A stretch of 63,774 bases of DNA, the filler included, from Octopus bimaculoides (Eukaryota), in NCBI RefSeq assembly GCF_001194135.2. It is 6 parts of 6 records of this genome, joined end to end, with 100 filler letters (N's around TTAATTAATTAA, not from the genome) between each part and the next. Parts side by side here need not be neighbours in the genome. Positions count along the whole stretch, not along the records: positions 1 to 28,817 come from NC_069008.1; positions 28,918 to 34,200 come from NC_068983.1; positions 34,301 to 53,229 come from NC_068989.1; 3 more parts are not named here. One strand, 5' to 3'. Positions 23,613 through 37,035 of this stretch are shown in pieces. Each line of letters opens with the position of its first letter. Position 1 is the stretch's first letter. A program made the position numbers and the translations under genes. The notes under the pieces are model-generated. The model was not told where the DNA came from, did no database searches, and saw only the letters and a list, made by a program, of their open reading frames with translations.

Positions 23613-26515
23613 CAGGTATGTATATATTGTTACACTTTCTTTTATTCTTTTACTTGTTTCAGCCATTTTGACTGCGGCCATGCTGGAGCACCGCCTTTAG
23701 TTGAGCAAATCGACCCCCAGGACTTATTCTTTGTAAGCCCAGTGCTTATTCTATCGGTCTCTTTTGCTGAACTGCTAAGTTACGGGGATGTAAATACACC
23801 ACCATCGGTTGTAAGCGATGTTGGGGGACACACACACAAACACACACACTTATACACAAAGAGGCAAGCCATTAACAGGTTGCCTAACATACTAGAAAGA
23901 ACAGTCAAAAAGTCCGAACCACATTTTAAGAGCAATTTTGAAGGGAATGAAAAATAAAAACATATATATATGATGGGCTTCTTTTAGTTTCCGTCTACCA
24001 AATCCACTCACAAGGCAAAGCGTACTGTGGCCAGCAATGTGTAACAACATCTGTTAGTCTGGTCAGTCACAAAAAACAGGTGAAGGAACAATAAACAAGG
24101 TATATTCCTTTGATGTTCAGGAAAAATGGAAGACGTTTTGATGTTTTTTGAGCCTAGATTCCTCTAAAGAAAAGAACAAGGAAAGAAAACAAGGAGAGAG
24201 GAAAAGAAACAGAAAGAGAGAAACAAAATTGTTTTTTGATTGCTGGTTTCACATATTGAATTGATTGGAACAACTGTTGCTTTTAAATTAATAATCTGTA
24301 AATAAAAGGTACTACAATTGTTTCAATCTGGGTATGCACTTCAGGAGAAAGCACAGCGGGCTGTTACAGGACTTTCATAATATTATATAAGATACATCTG
24401 ATGTACTTTCGAAACAATTGTAGTACTTAATAACCACTACCATCCTTTTTATTTACAGATTGTGTGGCAAGAAGCTTGCTTTCCACCCACATGGTTCCGG
24501 GTCCAGTCTCATTGCGTGGCACTTTGGGCAAATGTCTTCTACTATAGCCTCAGGCCGACCAAAGCATTGTGAGTGGCTTTGGTAGACGGAAACTGAAAGA
24601 AGCCCGTCGTATATATGTATATGTATNNNNNNNNNNGTCCTGAGGTCGATTTGCTCAACTAAAGGCAGTGCTCCAGCAAGGCCGCAGTCAAATGACTGAA
24701 ACAAGTAAAAGAGTACAAAAGAGAGTCACATTTTTTGTTCTATAGTGCATTGTTGTACCATTCAAAACTTTTTATTCTTTACAAACAATACACAATGCTT
24801 CAAGCAAACTACAATACTCTCCTATATGTATACACACATATATATATATACATACACACACATTTTAACACCCTACATATCTTCTACCCTTTTCAGCACC
24901 CTCTCATGCCTACCCTTAAGCTCTCCATTCATTATATCCTCTTTTATGTACCCTGCATCTCTCTCCTCATCAGTCTTATACCTTGCACATGACCCCTCTA
25001 CCATCTGATATATCTTTCCTGAACCCTTTCTATCTCTCCTCTCTTATATCTCTCCACACTGATATCTCTTTATTCATCACACATTACATTCACCTCAGCC
25101 CCCATTTCTAACCATCTGTTACTCTCCTCTCATACCATTCTCTACCCACCCACCCCTCCTATCAGAGCTGAATTAACCATTAAGCAAAATAAGCATGTGT
25201 TTAGGACAACAAGGGATGGAGTGGGGAGGGAGCACCAGAGAAATGGTAAATGGTTTACGGCACAAAAGAAATCACTTTAAACTTGCTAAAATGATATTTA
25301 GAGTGGTTTATATGATCAGAAATAGAATTTCGAAGTGTTCATAGTAAGAATCTGATCAAAGATTTTGCAATTAAAATAAAAAAAGTAGGAGAAAACTTTT
25401 CAGATATAAAAAAAAGTGGAATTTTATACAAAAATAAACATTACCATAAATCCCATATTTGTGTGTGTGTCTGTGTTTGTCCGCCCACCACCATTGCTTG
25501 ACAACTGATGTGCGTGTGTTTATGTGCCTGTACCTTAGTGGTTTGGCAAAAGAGACAGAATAAATAGTAGGCGTAAAAAGGAAAAGAATAAGTCGTTCGG
25601 TCAATCTGTTCAACCAAAGGCGGTGCTCCAGCATGGCCACAGTCAAATGACTGAAACAAATAAAAGACAAGGCGGTGAGCTGGCAGAGTCATTTGCACGC
25701 CGGGCGAAATGCTTAGCGGTATTTTGTCTGCCGTTACGTTCTGAGTTCAAATTCCACCGAGGTCGACTTTGCCTTTCATCCTTTCGGGGTCGATAAATTA
25801 AGTACCAGTTATGCACTGGGGGGCGATGTAATCGACTTAATCTCCTTGTCTGTCCTTGTTTGTCCCCTCTATGTTTAGCCCCTTGTGGGCAATAAAAAAA
25901 AAAAGAAGAAACAAGTAAAAGAAGATATATATATATATATAGTGGACACAGATAGTGTGTCGTTAACCAGCTGGAGGAGGTGTCCTCCTGGGGTTAGAAA
26001 AGAGTAGTAACAGTGTTCTGTACAGAACAATCATGTTGAGGTGGTAACAACCATTACTTTCAGTAGAGCTGCAACTTGCATCTCTTACAGAGTTTTTAGA
26101 ATTAGCTACTCTGCTTGTTAGGTGGAGGTGCAATGGCCCAGTGGTTAGGGCAGCGGACTTGCAGTAATAGGATCGCGGTTTCGATTCCCAGACCGGGCGT
26201 TGTGAGTATTTATTGAGCGAAAACACCTAAAGCTCCACGAGGCTCCGGCAGGGGATGGTGGCGAACCCTGCTGTACTCTTTCACCACAACTTTCTCTCAC
26301 TCTTACTTCCTGTTTCTGTTGTGCCTGTAATTCAAAGGGTCAGCCTTGTCACACTGAATATCCCCAAGAACTACGTTAAGGGTACATATGTCTGTGGAGT
26401 GCTCAGCCACTTGCACGTTAATTTCACGAGCAGGCTGTTCCATTGATTGGATCAACTGGAACCCTTGTCGTTGTAAGCAACGGAGTGTCAACAATTCTGC
26501 TTGTTATATATATAT

Positions 26516-27065
26516 ACACAGACATGGAGGAAGTAAATATACACCTTTAATTTTCAAAATTTCTAATCTAAGTGTCTTAATATGTTTTCAGCGGTGTAGA
26601 ATTTACAATGTAATTATTCTTTTTCATTCCAGGTGCCATTATATTAAACATTTGTGAAGAGTAACCAGGCCACGCACAAAAAATTCAGCAGAACTGTCAG
26701 ATTTTCAAAGAGGTTGTATTGTCGGGCAATCTGAGGCTGGTCTTAGCTAGTGAAAAATTTCCTAAAATCTTCAAATTCCTCTTGCTACTGCTAATAGAAT
26801 TATAGTGCAATCCAAAAGCCAAGGAAAGGAATCAACATATTCTCATCCCGGCCGATCTGGGCCCTCGGAAAGGAAGCTTCGCTGTTTGAAGAGAATTTTG
26901 GAAAACGAACCCCGTTTGAAGGCTTCTGACATTGCAAAAACAGCTAGAAGTTAGTCCAAGAACATGTGTTACATATCTGCGTAAGCTTGGGTATTATGGA
27001 CGAGCAGCTAGAAGAAAACTTCTCCTTCAACCAATTGATATCAAATAAAAGAGTTTGCAAATTAA
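26516..27065 (+). mobile_element. Tc1-like DNA transposon 5' fragment (HTH region)
   Basis: ELSDFQRGCIVGQSEAGLS ... [25 protein letters not shown] with stops and frameshift; begins after a TA run. Confidence 0.8.
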
Positions 27066-27522
27066 AGGTGTCTATTTACTTCTTGCATGTCTGTGTCGAT
27101 ATGTTTTGCAAGTACTTGGTTACCCTGTCAGTGCAGGTGCCACTTAAAAGCACCCAGTCCACACTGTAAAGGGGTTGGTGTTCGGAAGGGCACCCAGCTG
27201 TTAAAACCTTGCCAAAACTGACCTCGCCTGTGCTTGTGCCACGTAAAAAGCACTAAGTCCACTCTGCTGAGTGGTTGGTGTCAGGAAGGGCATCCAGCTG
27301 TAAAAATCCTGCAAATACAATCAAAGAAGTCCAGTGGAGGCTTCAGCCTGGCCAGTTCCTGTACCATCCGACCCATGCTGGCATGGAACATGGATGTTAA
27401 ATGATGATGATAATTATTATTATTATTATATATATATTATATAAACATATATGCATATGGTTGTATTTATGTATATATATATATATATATGTGTGAATAT
27501 GTGTACACATATACAAGACAGA

Positions 27523-27584
<62 letters not shown>

Positions 27585-28128
27585 CCAACGATAGCTTAGC
27601 TGGCTGAAGCTTTGAAGTCACTGTCAACAACATTCTTGTATAAGGATACAAAATTTGTACTCAACAAAAGTATAGAGTAACTCTCAGATTAATGTAAAAT
27701 TTGGTTTTATAACTGAACTTAAATATATATATATATANNNNNNNNNNNNNNNNNNNNNNNNNNNNNNNNNNNNNNNNNNNNNNNNNNNNNNNNNNNNNNN
27801 NNNNNNNNNNNNNNNNNNNNNNNNNNNNNNNNNNNNNNNNNNNNNNNNNNNNNNNNNNNNNNNNNNNNNNNNNNNNNNNNNNNNNNNNNNNNNNNNNNNN
27901 NNNNNNNCCCTATGTCCCCGTAACTTAGCAGTTCGGCAAAAGTGACCGATAGAATAAGTACTAGGCTTACAAAGAATAAGTACTGGGGTCGATTTGCTCG
28001 ACTAAAGGCGGTGTTCCAGCATGGCCGCAGTCAAAATTTACTGAAACAAGTAAAAGAGTAAAAGAGATGTGTGTGTGTGTGTGTGTGTGTACTTTCTGTT
28101 TGTATTATTGGCATAAGACACAACATGT

Positions 28129-28165
<37 letters not shown>

Positions 28166-28817
28166 ACACACACTCTATTTCACTGCATCAGTCTGAAGTG
28201 AGTTGTCAGTCAATTGATAAGGATACTCAGACAGTGGAATACAATCTGTTGGTCATCGACGCTCTTACCCACTGCTTCATTGTTAGCGGTCAATTATTGA
28301 CCGGTTATCCTTTGTCTATGCTGTGTTCATTGTATTGTTCAGCAGCCAGAATGTGTGGTGTGTGTTGGGCTGTTTAGTCTGGCCGTAATGATTTGGAATG
28401 CTGTATTTGGGGCAGTGCTGTGTGTCGGTTAGGACATGGTGCATAGAATAGGGGCAGTGATGCATGCACATGGATACATCTGTGCATGCACACATACACA
28501 TGTATGCATGCACACACATACATGCATGTACATACACATACATGTATACACACGTGTATGCATGCACACACACATATACACATACATGCACAAACACATG
28601 TACATGCACATACATGCATACATAAACAGACACACGTGCATGCGTGCACACATGCACACACATAAATACACTAACATGCACAAACACACATGTGCCTGAA
28701 TGCACACATGCACATAGGCACAAACACACATGCATGCAAAGACATACAGACACACACTCGTGCATGCGCATATGCACACAAACATGAATGCACACACATA
28801 CACAAATATACACACAC

Positions 28818-28917
28818 NNNNNNNNNNNNNNNNNNNNNNNNNNNNNNNNNNNNNNNNNNNNTTAATTAATTAANNNNNNNNNNNNNNNNNNNNNNNNNNN
28901 NNNNNNNNNNNNNNNNN
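28818..28917. other. Artificial contig linker N44-TTAATTAATTAA-N44
   Basis: Identical 100-bp linkers at 28818-28917, 34201-34300, 53230-53329, 54369-54468 and 56528-56627; the 12-mer gives stops in all six frames. Confidence 0.97.
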
Positions 28918-29250
28918 TTCTGGGTTCAGGCCCACTGCGTGGCACCTTGGGCAAGTGTCTTCTACTATAGCCTCGGGCCGACCAAAGCCTTGTGAGTGGA
29001 TTTAGTAGACGGAAACTGAAAGAAGCCCGTCGTATATATGTGTGTGTGTTTGTGTGTCTGTGTTTGTCCCCCCAACATCGCTTGACAACCGATGGTGGTG
29101 TGTTTATGTCCCCGTAACTTAGCGGTTCGGCAAAAGAGACCGATAGAATAAGTACTAGGCTTCTAAAGAATAAGTCCTGGGGTCGATTTGCTCGACTAAA
29201 GGCGGTGCTCCAGCATGGCCGCAGTCAAATGAGTGAAACAAGTAAAAGAA
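28918..29250 (+). mobile_element. SINE family A, directly upstream of the TTC21B promoter region
   Basis: Near-consensus copy starting at the contig edge. Confidence 0.9.
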
Positions 29251-29310
29251 TAGAAGAATAACACAATGTCACAGTGTATTTATTCCAGCTCCAGGACAGA
29301 CAACTCCAGA

Positions 29311-29343
29311 CCGGAAGAGGAAACTATATAAAAACGCATGCGT
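29311..29343 (+). promoter_or_regulatory. Candidate TTC21B core promoter
   Basis: CCGGAAG (ETS-like, 29311), TATATAAAA (29325) and the palindrome ACGCATGCGT (NRF1-like, 29334), about 150-180 bp upstream of the ATG. Confidence 0.35.
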
Positions 29344-29493
29344 TAAATGAGTGCTTGTTGAATGGAGGCAACAAGTGCTTATGTAGAAACCAAAAGTGTA
29401 TTTTAATAGATGAATTTTGTTCTTAAATGTATTTCTGTTATCAACATCCAAATTAATTGTTTCTTTTTCTAAAGCTTCCTTCAACTTGAAAGG

Positions 29494-29520
29494 ATGGCAG
29501 AAGCAGATTCTGTTTTAATG
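29494..29520 (+). CDS. TTC21B: TTC21B/IFT139 first coding exon (MAEADSVLM)
   Basis: ATG at 29494, 27 nt, then a GTGAGT donor at 29521 (phase 0). Joins in frame to the exon at 32023. A short first coding exon matches my recollection of vertebrate TTC21B. Possible upstream acceptor (ttctttttctaaag) ending at 29474. Confidence 0.7.
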
Positions 29521-30289
29521 GTGAGTGCTGTATTATTGGTTTTGTTTAAAACGCTTCTGATCGGTTGCCATAACTACCGCTTTAGCTTCTTTCTCCATAT
29601 CAACAGTTACAATGACTTGAATGTCTGTTTCTTTGTTTACACATTTACGTTAGAAATAATTTATTTTGTTTAATTATTTTGATATGTGAAAAGGAAAATA
29701 AATCAAAACAAAACTAATTTTAATGAAACCATTTATTAAAAAAAATACGAGCATTTAAATCATGTACTTCATATAACAATATGTAATATAACTTATTAGT
29801 TTAATATTCAGTTGCTATTAATGTTTTTGTTGTTGTTGCCATAATTTTATTGTTGTTATTAAATACCTTTTGAGAAAAATATAAACAATTAAACTGTTTA
29901 TATTCTCTCTCCTGTGATCTAAACTTTAAAAATGTGCATACCGAGCATAGCTTTCTCTATTTTATTTATTAAGTGTTGTAATAATGTTGCCCGAGTTACA
30001 AATAACAAAAGCTTTACTTTGTAACCTTGTACCTTTGTTCCATTCAGACATGTAATGCTATAGAGGTAACGTAAACTCTGGCATAAAAAAAAAAGAACCG
30101 AAACGTGGACACTCGAACTGCTAGTAGTAACCACTGAATTTTTTCAAGTCACATCCCACTGCCTTGAAAAGCAAATTAAGAACCTCAAATGATGTTGTCC
30201 GAGATAAACTGTGTGAAAAACCGGGATCTGCATGGCTAAATGCCTTTTCGTCTGTGAGGTGAAACACAGGGTTAGCAGCAGATACGAAC

Positions 30290-31310
30290 GAGTGATATTC
30301 TAGGAGGATGCCCAAGAGTCAAAGAATATTTGGCTGTCCCTGCACATTTGCCACACATAAAAGTTTACTTTCTCTGTTAACCTTCCTGTTGTTCCACTGC
30401 ACCTCTTGTGTGTCCATAGTTTTCATTGAGTATATCATGTGAAATTTCTATCTATACCTTTTTTATATATCCAGCAGAATCATTTTCCTGCAGAGCATAG
30501 TCCTGTCTGTTTTTCTGCTTACTAGAACTTTGGTTTTTGCTAAGCTCAGGTTTCGCTTCCATGCCTGGAATTTTTGTTCCAATTCTACTATCGATTCAGC
30601 TTTAATAACAAGGTCATCAGTATAAGGAGTTCCCACAAGCAATTGGTCTTACACTCCTCTTATGGTCAATCATCATCATCATCATCGTTTAACGTCCGCT
30701 TTCCACGCTAGCATGGGTTGGACGATTTGACTGAGGACTGGTGAAACCGGATGGCAACACCAGGCTCCAATCTAAATTTGGCAGAGTTTCTACAGCTGGA
30801 TGCCCTTCCTAACGCCAACCACTCAGAGAGAGGACTATGATAAATACAAATGAACTGAGAATGGAATCCTGGTAAATCCCTACCTGCACACTAAATTCAT
30901 TGCTGAACCCATGGCTGACTTCCACATTACTTACAACTGTAGATGCATGGCATATACTGCTGTCACAATCTATGTATCTATTCCTAGCTTCCACAGTAAC
31001 CACCAGATCAAGGAGTGAGAGACCTTTTCAAATGCTTTCACCAAGTACAATGGCTTACTTTTTGCTCAATATTTCTGCAGTTACCTTACTATAAAGAGGA
31101 CACCAGTAGCACTTATCTCTAGCACAAAACTAAGCAGCATTCTGTCTCGGTTAATTTCCTTCCTAACTGATTGAGCTCTTTGTATAACTTTCATGACTTG
31201 GGCCAACAATTTGCTACCTCTGGAATTGTCCACAAAACATCTCCTTTACCCTTGTAACAGTTGACTATGATGCTGCTACACTATTCATTGGTTATGATAC
31301 CTTCCTATTC
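30290..31310 (-). mobile_element. Decayed RTE LINE RT fragments, interrupted by a SINE at 30668-30827
   Basis: SNEFSVQVGIYQDSILSSFVFIIVL (degenerate VGVHQGSVLSPLLF) and WTHKRCSG..GRLTEKV motifs on the minus strand. Confidence 0.65.
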
Positions 31311-32022
31311 AGCCTGATTAACTATGTGTGATTAGACTGCCCTACTCTGGGCTGTGAATGTGTGTGTGTGCATGAGTTCATATTTCCCCTCACTTTCCCA
31401 TGTGTTTACTGACTGTAAACAGCCTCACTGTCCACACACATTATTTTGCTTGCAGTCCACTGCAAAAGCTTGTTAAGGCTCCTTGACATGTTGCATGATC
31501 TTTGTAAATAAATGACTCATTCAAATAGTATCATATGTCCCTACTTGCAATATATAAACAAAGAAGTAACAATCAGCCACTGATCTTGCAAAAAGCTAAA
31601 CTATTGGATTTAAGATCTTTGAAAGAGATTCATGTAGTAACAGTACTAAACAGTAATGTTTATAGCCACTTTTGCAAGACCACTGGCTGGTTGTCACTTC
31701 CTTGTTTATATATTGCAAGTAGGGATGGAAAGCTGCCATCTCTAGCAGGCTGGAATCCAGTACTGAGGATGGGTATGCACCCAGAAATCAGTTGTTCTGC
31801 TGGTCTTGCCACGCTAGTGGGGGAGTGGTTCACCCCCTTACTCAGGTTGTGTGTTACTAACGAGCTGGAAAAGATGTTTTACTGGGGTTAAAATGTAATA
31901 ACATTGTTCTGCATGGAACAGCCATGTAAAAGTGGCAACAAACATTACTGCAAAGTAAATAAAAGTTCAGAGAATATTTGTAAGAAAAGATGTTCTTTCT
32001 TTTTTTTCTCTCTTTTGTCTAG

Positions 32023-32152
32023 GCTAAAATCTTTTACTATGGCCACCACAAGTATTTTGGTTGCTTTGAAACAACTGTCACCAATGGTCTTACCAAATAT
32101 AACAATGATCCTATTCTGAAGTTCTACAAAGCTCTGGCCCCGCTTCTACAAG
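32023..32152 (+). CDS. TTC21B: TTC21B/IFT139 second coding exon (intraflagellar transport complex A TPR protein)
   Basis: Polypyrimidine tract plus AG at 32021-32022 and a GTAAAC donor at 32153; 130 nt. Translates AKIFYYGHHKYFGCFETTVTNGLTKYNNDPILKFYKALAPLLQ, which aligns without gaps to the human TTC21B N-terminus as I recall it ([51 protein letters not shown], FY and A shared). Confidence 0.85.
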
Positions 32153-35100
32153 GTAAACGTTTTTCTTTTTGGCTGATACTAAGTAATTTGTGTCCGGTTA
32201 GGTGACTCACAGGAATAAATTGACAACTGGTAAACCTTAAGTCCAAAAGTCAAAATCTACTTTATTTTCTGAATTTGTTGTATAAGTACTGAAGAAGAGT
32301 TAAATTATTTGGTTAAAATAAAATTGTTAAAAAAATTGAATAGTCTTTTTAAAATGGGAGCCTTAATATTCAACATATAATAAAGTTTGTCATGGACAGA
32401 AGATTTTCAGTTTCTTCTGAAAATGTAGAGAAATTCTAGAAACTGTATGTGTATTTTGCCTAAACAGAATTTTTAGATATCATAATTTAATCTACTTCAT
32501 TAGTTGTACTCAATATTGTTCAAGGGAGAATTTTTTCCATCCCTAACATTCTAGAGGCATTTTTCTACTGAACAAGCAATTTTTGCAGAGCAAACTCATA
32601 GTTCTGAAAAGTTCTCATTTTTTTGTTAATGTAAACAAGTAACTATTTTGTTTAAGTAACAAGGTGTTTGCATGATTTTTGGGGGTTAAAGATTTTTCTG
32701 GCCATGATGAAAACTGGAATTAATTTCAAGTCTTTTATCTAGAATACAGTCTTCCATAACATAATGTGAAAAAGTGTTGTCTAGTTGACTAATACCTGGA
32801 ATTATGTATAATTCATGTCTTTTTGTTTTTTAACTTCAAATAGACACATACAAGTTAGTTATTCCTTTTTTAAAGGAAGTAAGATTTGTGAGAATTCATA
32901 ATGTCAAAATTAAATTTGGGTTTAAGTTGTCAACTCGGAATAATTTTAAATTTTTGTTATTATGTGCCAACATGATCTGTAGTTGAGTATGAATGGCCAA
33001 CCTGAGACATTCCATGTACACTTAAGTTTCATTACCTTAACAACATTTTCTTTTTCAACTATCATTTGAATGTCTTCAGACTTTCTGTGAAGTATTCAAA
33101 GTAGCAAATATGTATAGTTAACAGTAGATTTTGAAAACCCTGGATCTGTTACATAGCCCACTGGAACTGACTGGCCTTGCCATCATGTAAAAGGCCTTCA
33201 CAACTGAATGCCTACTGCCCTGGGCCATTGGAAGTACCAGAATCATTTCTTTTGACTCATTGGAATATTCCTGTTTGTAAATTGCTATCTAGCACCTTTG
33301 GATGATCTCTACTCAACCGCTACTTGACTGCTACTCGTCAGCTACTCAACTCCTCTACCAACAACTCTACCACGGCCAGACTACCTTTATTTATATGTCT
33401 TGGGCGATCCTACTTCTTCGCTTGGGGGCGTCGACACAACAGTGTCATTGGTGGAATTTATAAAAGAGAGAAGGAATGAGTAATTACATGTCTTGATACT
33501 GCCTTTCATGTTTTCATCTATCATTCTTTGTTGGTGGTCTGAAAGTCTGTAATGTGACAGTATTTTTGATATTGATTTTTTACGAAATGTATGTTGACTT
33601 TGATGGTGGTAAAATCTATTCTTTTCATTAACATTTCAATCAGATTTTTTATTATTTTGGCATTGAACATATGTTCTGACAATTTTCATTTCAATTTAAG
33701 AATGTTTTTGTTTTTTTTCTGTGAACATCAGGAGTCTGTTTCTGGTAACTTGTCACCAACTGTCAATGCTATCAATTTAAACATTTTGAAACAAAATGAA
33801 AAATAACATACACCACAAGTTGGAGATGTTGTTGTAGTTAAATATACCACTAAACTAAGGTGTAAACATACACTGGTGTTATTCAGTCATCATCATCATC
33901 ATCATCGTTTAACGTCCGCTTTCCATGCTAGCATGGGTTGGACGATTTGACTGAGGACTGGTGCAACCGGATGGCTACACCAGGCTCCAATCTAATTTGG
34001 CAGAGTTTCTACAGCTGGATGCCCTTCCTAACGCCAACCACTCAGAGAGTGTAGTGGGTGCTTTTACGTGTCACCCGCACGAAAACGGCCACGCTCGAAA
34101 TGGTGTCTTTTATGTGCCACCCGCACAAGAGCCAGTCCAGGGGCACTGGCAACGATCTCGCTCGAAAACCCTACAAGGCCAGTCACGCGGTACTGGCAAC
34201 NNNNNNNNNNNNNNNNNNNNNNNNNNNNNNNNNNNNNNNNNNNNTTAATTAATTAANNNNNNNNNNNNNNNNNNNNNNNNNNNNNNNNNNNNNNNNNNNN
34301 TATATATATATATATATACATATATATGCATTATGTATTTTGTGTCTGTGTTTGTACCTACACAATCACTTGACAACCGATATTTGTGTGCTTACGTCCC
34401 CGTAACATAGCACTTCGGCAAAAGACACCGAAAGACTAAGTACCACGCTTACAAAGAATAAGTCATGCTGTCAGTTTGTTCGACAAAAAGTGGTGCCCCA
34501 GCATGGCCGCAGTTAAACGACTGAAACGAGTAAAAGAGTAGTAGAATAAAAGAAGATATGTATATATATATATATATACCCACACGCACACTCACACACA
34601 TACATATATATAAATATTCCCTTGTTTTACGGAGTCATACACGTATTAATCTGTGTATATGATTGTATGAAATTGAGACTCTCTAGGTAAATAACCCAAG
34701 ATACAATGTCATGCACTGCTGATTATTGTTGACATTTAATTAACTTGTATTTATTTTATAGCCTTTAAATAAACTGTAGTTGTGTATAATGGCTATATAT
34801 TGTAAGTTTATAAGAAGACATTAACCTGAAATTTTTTTTTTTAATCACAGTATTAGTATATAAAATGTTTGCCTGTGTCCGCATCTGTTTCTGCAACTGA
34901 AGGTCTATGATAATACCACATATGAGTGCGTAGTTTTGACATCCATTCAAATAATGTGTATGTGTGTTTATATATATAAAAAAAGACATACATATATATT
35001 GCTACATTTACTTGTGCAAACACACACAAACACATACGCACACACGCATATACAGATACTCATATATTTATGCATTTATATTAGGAAGAAGACCTTACAT

Positions 35101-35974
35101 AAATTACATATGTAACGAAAGGGTTGATAGGACATCTTTCCTGTCCTCAACACATGAGAACAGCTTTTTCTACGGTTTTCCACAAGGGACAACATACTTA
35201 AACCTGCTTCTCAACATTTACGTCAGCTGACAAAGTATATAGACAATAACAGATGTAAATAGAGAAAGTACTTGGGTAATTTTATAAAAGAAAAGAAAAT
35301 ATTTTTAATCGATGTAATCTGCAATTGCCACCACGCTCTGCCTGATTACTCTTCAGTATTATAGACACTATAAAGAAATAAAATTAAGGATGCCAACTGG
35401 CAGAATCATTAGCTTGCTGGGCAAAATATTTTGCGGTTTTTCGTCCGTTTTTTCGCTCTCAGTTCAAATTCTTCCGTTGTCGGCTTTGGCTTTTATCCTT
35501 TTGGGATCGATAAAATAAGTGCCGGTCAGTCGATATAATTCATTCACCCCAACTTTGAAATTACTGTCCTTGCGACAAAATTTGAAATCAATATAGGTTT
35601 CAAGATTTGGCACAAGACCTGTCATTTCGGGAGAGGTGTTAAATCGATTATATTGACCCCAGAGCTCAACTGGTACTTAATTTATTGACCACGAAATGAA
35701 AAGTGTAATCGATACCCGAGAGTTTTAAAATCAGAACATAAACACGGACGCTATGCCGGCCAGCATTTTGCCTGGTGCAGTAACGAACCTGTCAGCCCGA
35801 TCCTTTCTGAAATTAATATTATTAATAAAATTGTTTAGTCTTACACTTTTATTATTTATTGTACTCATTGATTGGACAGATAACTTAGATTCGTTTCGAC
35901 CATTATTGGCCCAGTCCATGACTAACTCGATAGCACCACCTGGAAAAGTCTTTTAGTTAATTATTTTGGGACAC

Positions 35975-37035
35975 CATGGACCACTCAAGCAGAGAGTTGT
36001 TGTTGTTGGTTGAGACGTATCTAGGTGTAGATGGTTTATCAAGTATTCCCAGGAGGAAATTTTCCCATGTACCGTTTGAAACTTGTGAGGATTTTTCCTA
36101 CCTTAATTTTTTTCGGGATAACACTGAAAAGAGCAGGACCATCTGCAGTGAAGAAATTGCGTTGCAATGTTCTTATGTGATGTGATCTCAGCCTTTTGTA
36201 GGGGGTGCATTGCACGGGGGCCTGCCTAATCTTGGGTGAATTGTAAACATAATACCGATATCATTTGGATAATATTGGTTGATATTTTCCACATGAGGCA
36301 AATAATGTATCGCTCACGGCGGCGTTGCAAAGAATAGAGTTTCAGCTGTTTAAGTCGAGCCCAATAATCAAGTCTCATCATGACATTTATATTTTTAATG
36401 ATTGATCTTTGTGACGCTTCGATCCTCATTATGTCTTTTTTTTTTTTTTGTAAGGGGACCACAATGGGCAACAGTGTTTGCGGTGGGGACCTAGCGAATG
36501 TGGAAAAGAGAAGGATAATGGTTTCATGATCCCTAGATTGAAAAGTTCTGTGGATCCATGAGCCAACTCTGCGGGCAACATTGACTTTTTCTGTTGATGT
36601 GCACACTCCAGCTAAGGAGTGTCGACAGTTACACCTAAATCTCTGATATTATCCGACGCTTCAAGTAGGTCTTCAATGTTCCCTCTTTTCCAAAGTGGAT
36701 GAGCTCAATTTTTTTTCTTCGTTCAACTATATTATTGATATCATTGATATAGAAAATGTTTAAAAAGTGGACCCAGCACAGTACCCTGCGGGACTCCGCT
36801 GATGACTTTTGTTGGTCTTCAGTGGATGCTATCAACCACAACATTCTGAGTCCTGTTTGTTTGGAAATACCTAATCCATTCAAGTAGCTTTCCACCGGCT
36901 CCAGCGTTGGATAGTTTCCTTGAGAGTATAATGTGGTCGACTCTGTCAAAGGCCTTGCTGAAATAAAAGTATATGACATCCGCGTTGAAGCCTTCACTTA
37001 GTACATTTAAGATGTTATCAAAGCGGTGGAGGAGG
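35975..37035 (-). mobile_element. CR1/L2-type LINE RT fragment
   Basis: FSKAFDRVDH, SGVPQGTVLGPLF and LKLYSLQRRRERY motifs with frameshifts and deletions. Confidence 0.85.

Noticed and set aside
31904-32119. ORF-track call MFCMEQ...ITMILF
   Set aside because: Wrong frame; the real exon (32023-32152) is read in another frame between canonical splice sites.
33200-33441. Possible solo LTR on the minus strand (TGTTGTG start, TATAAATAAA)
   Set aside because: No defined CA end, TSD or second copy in the window.
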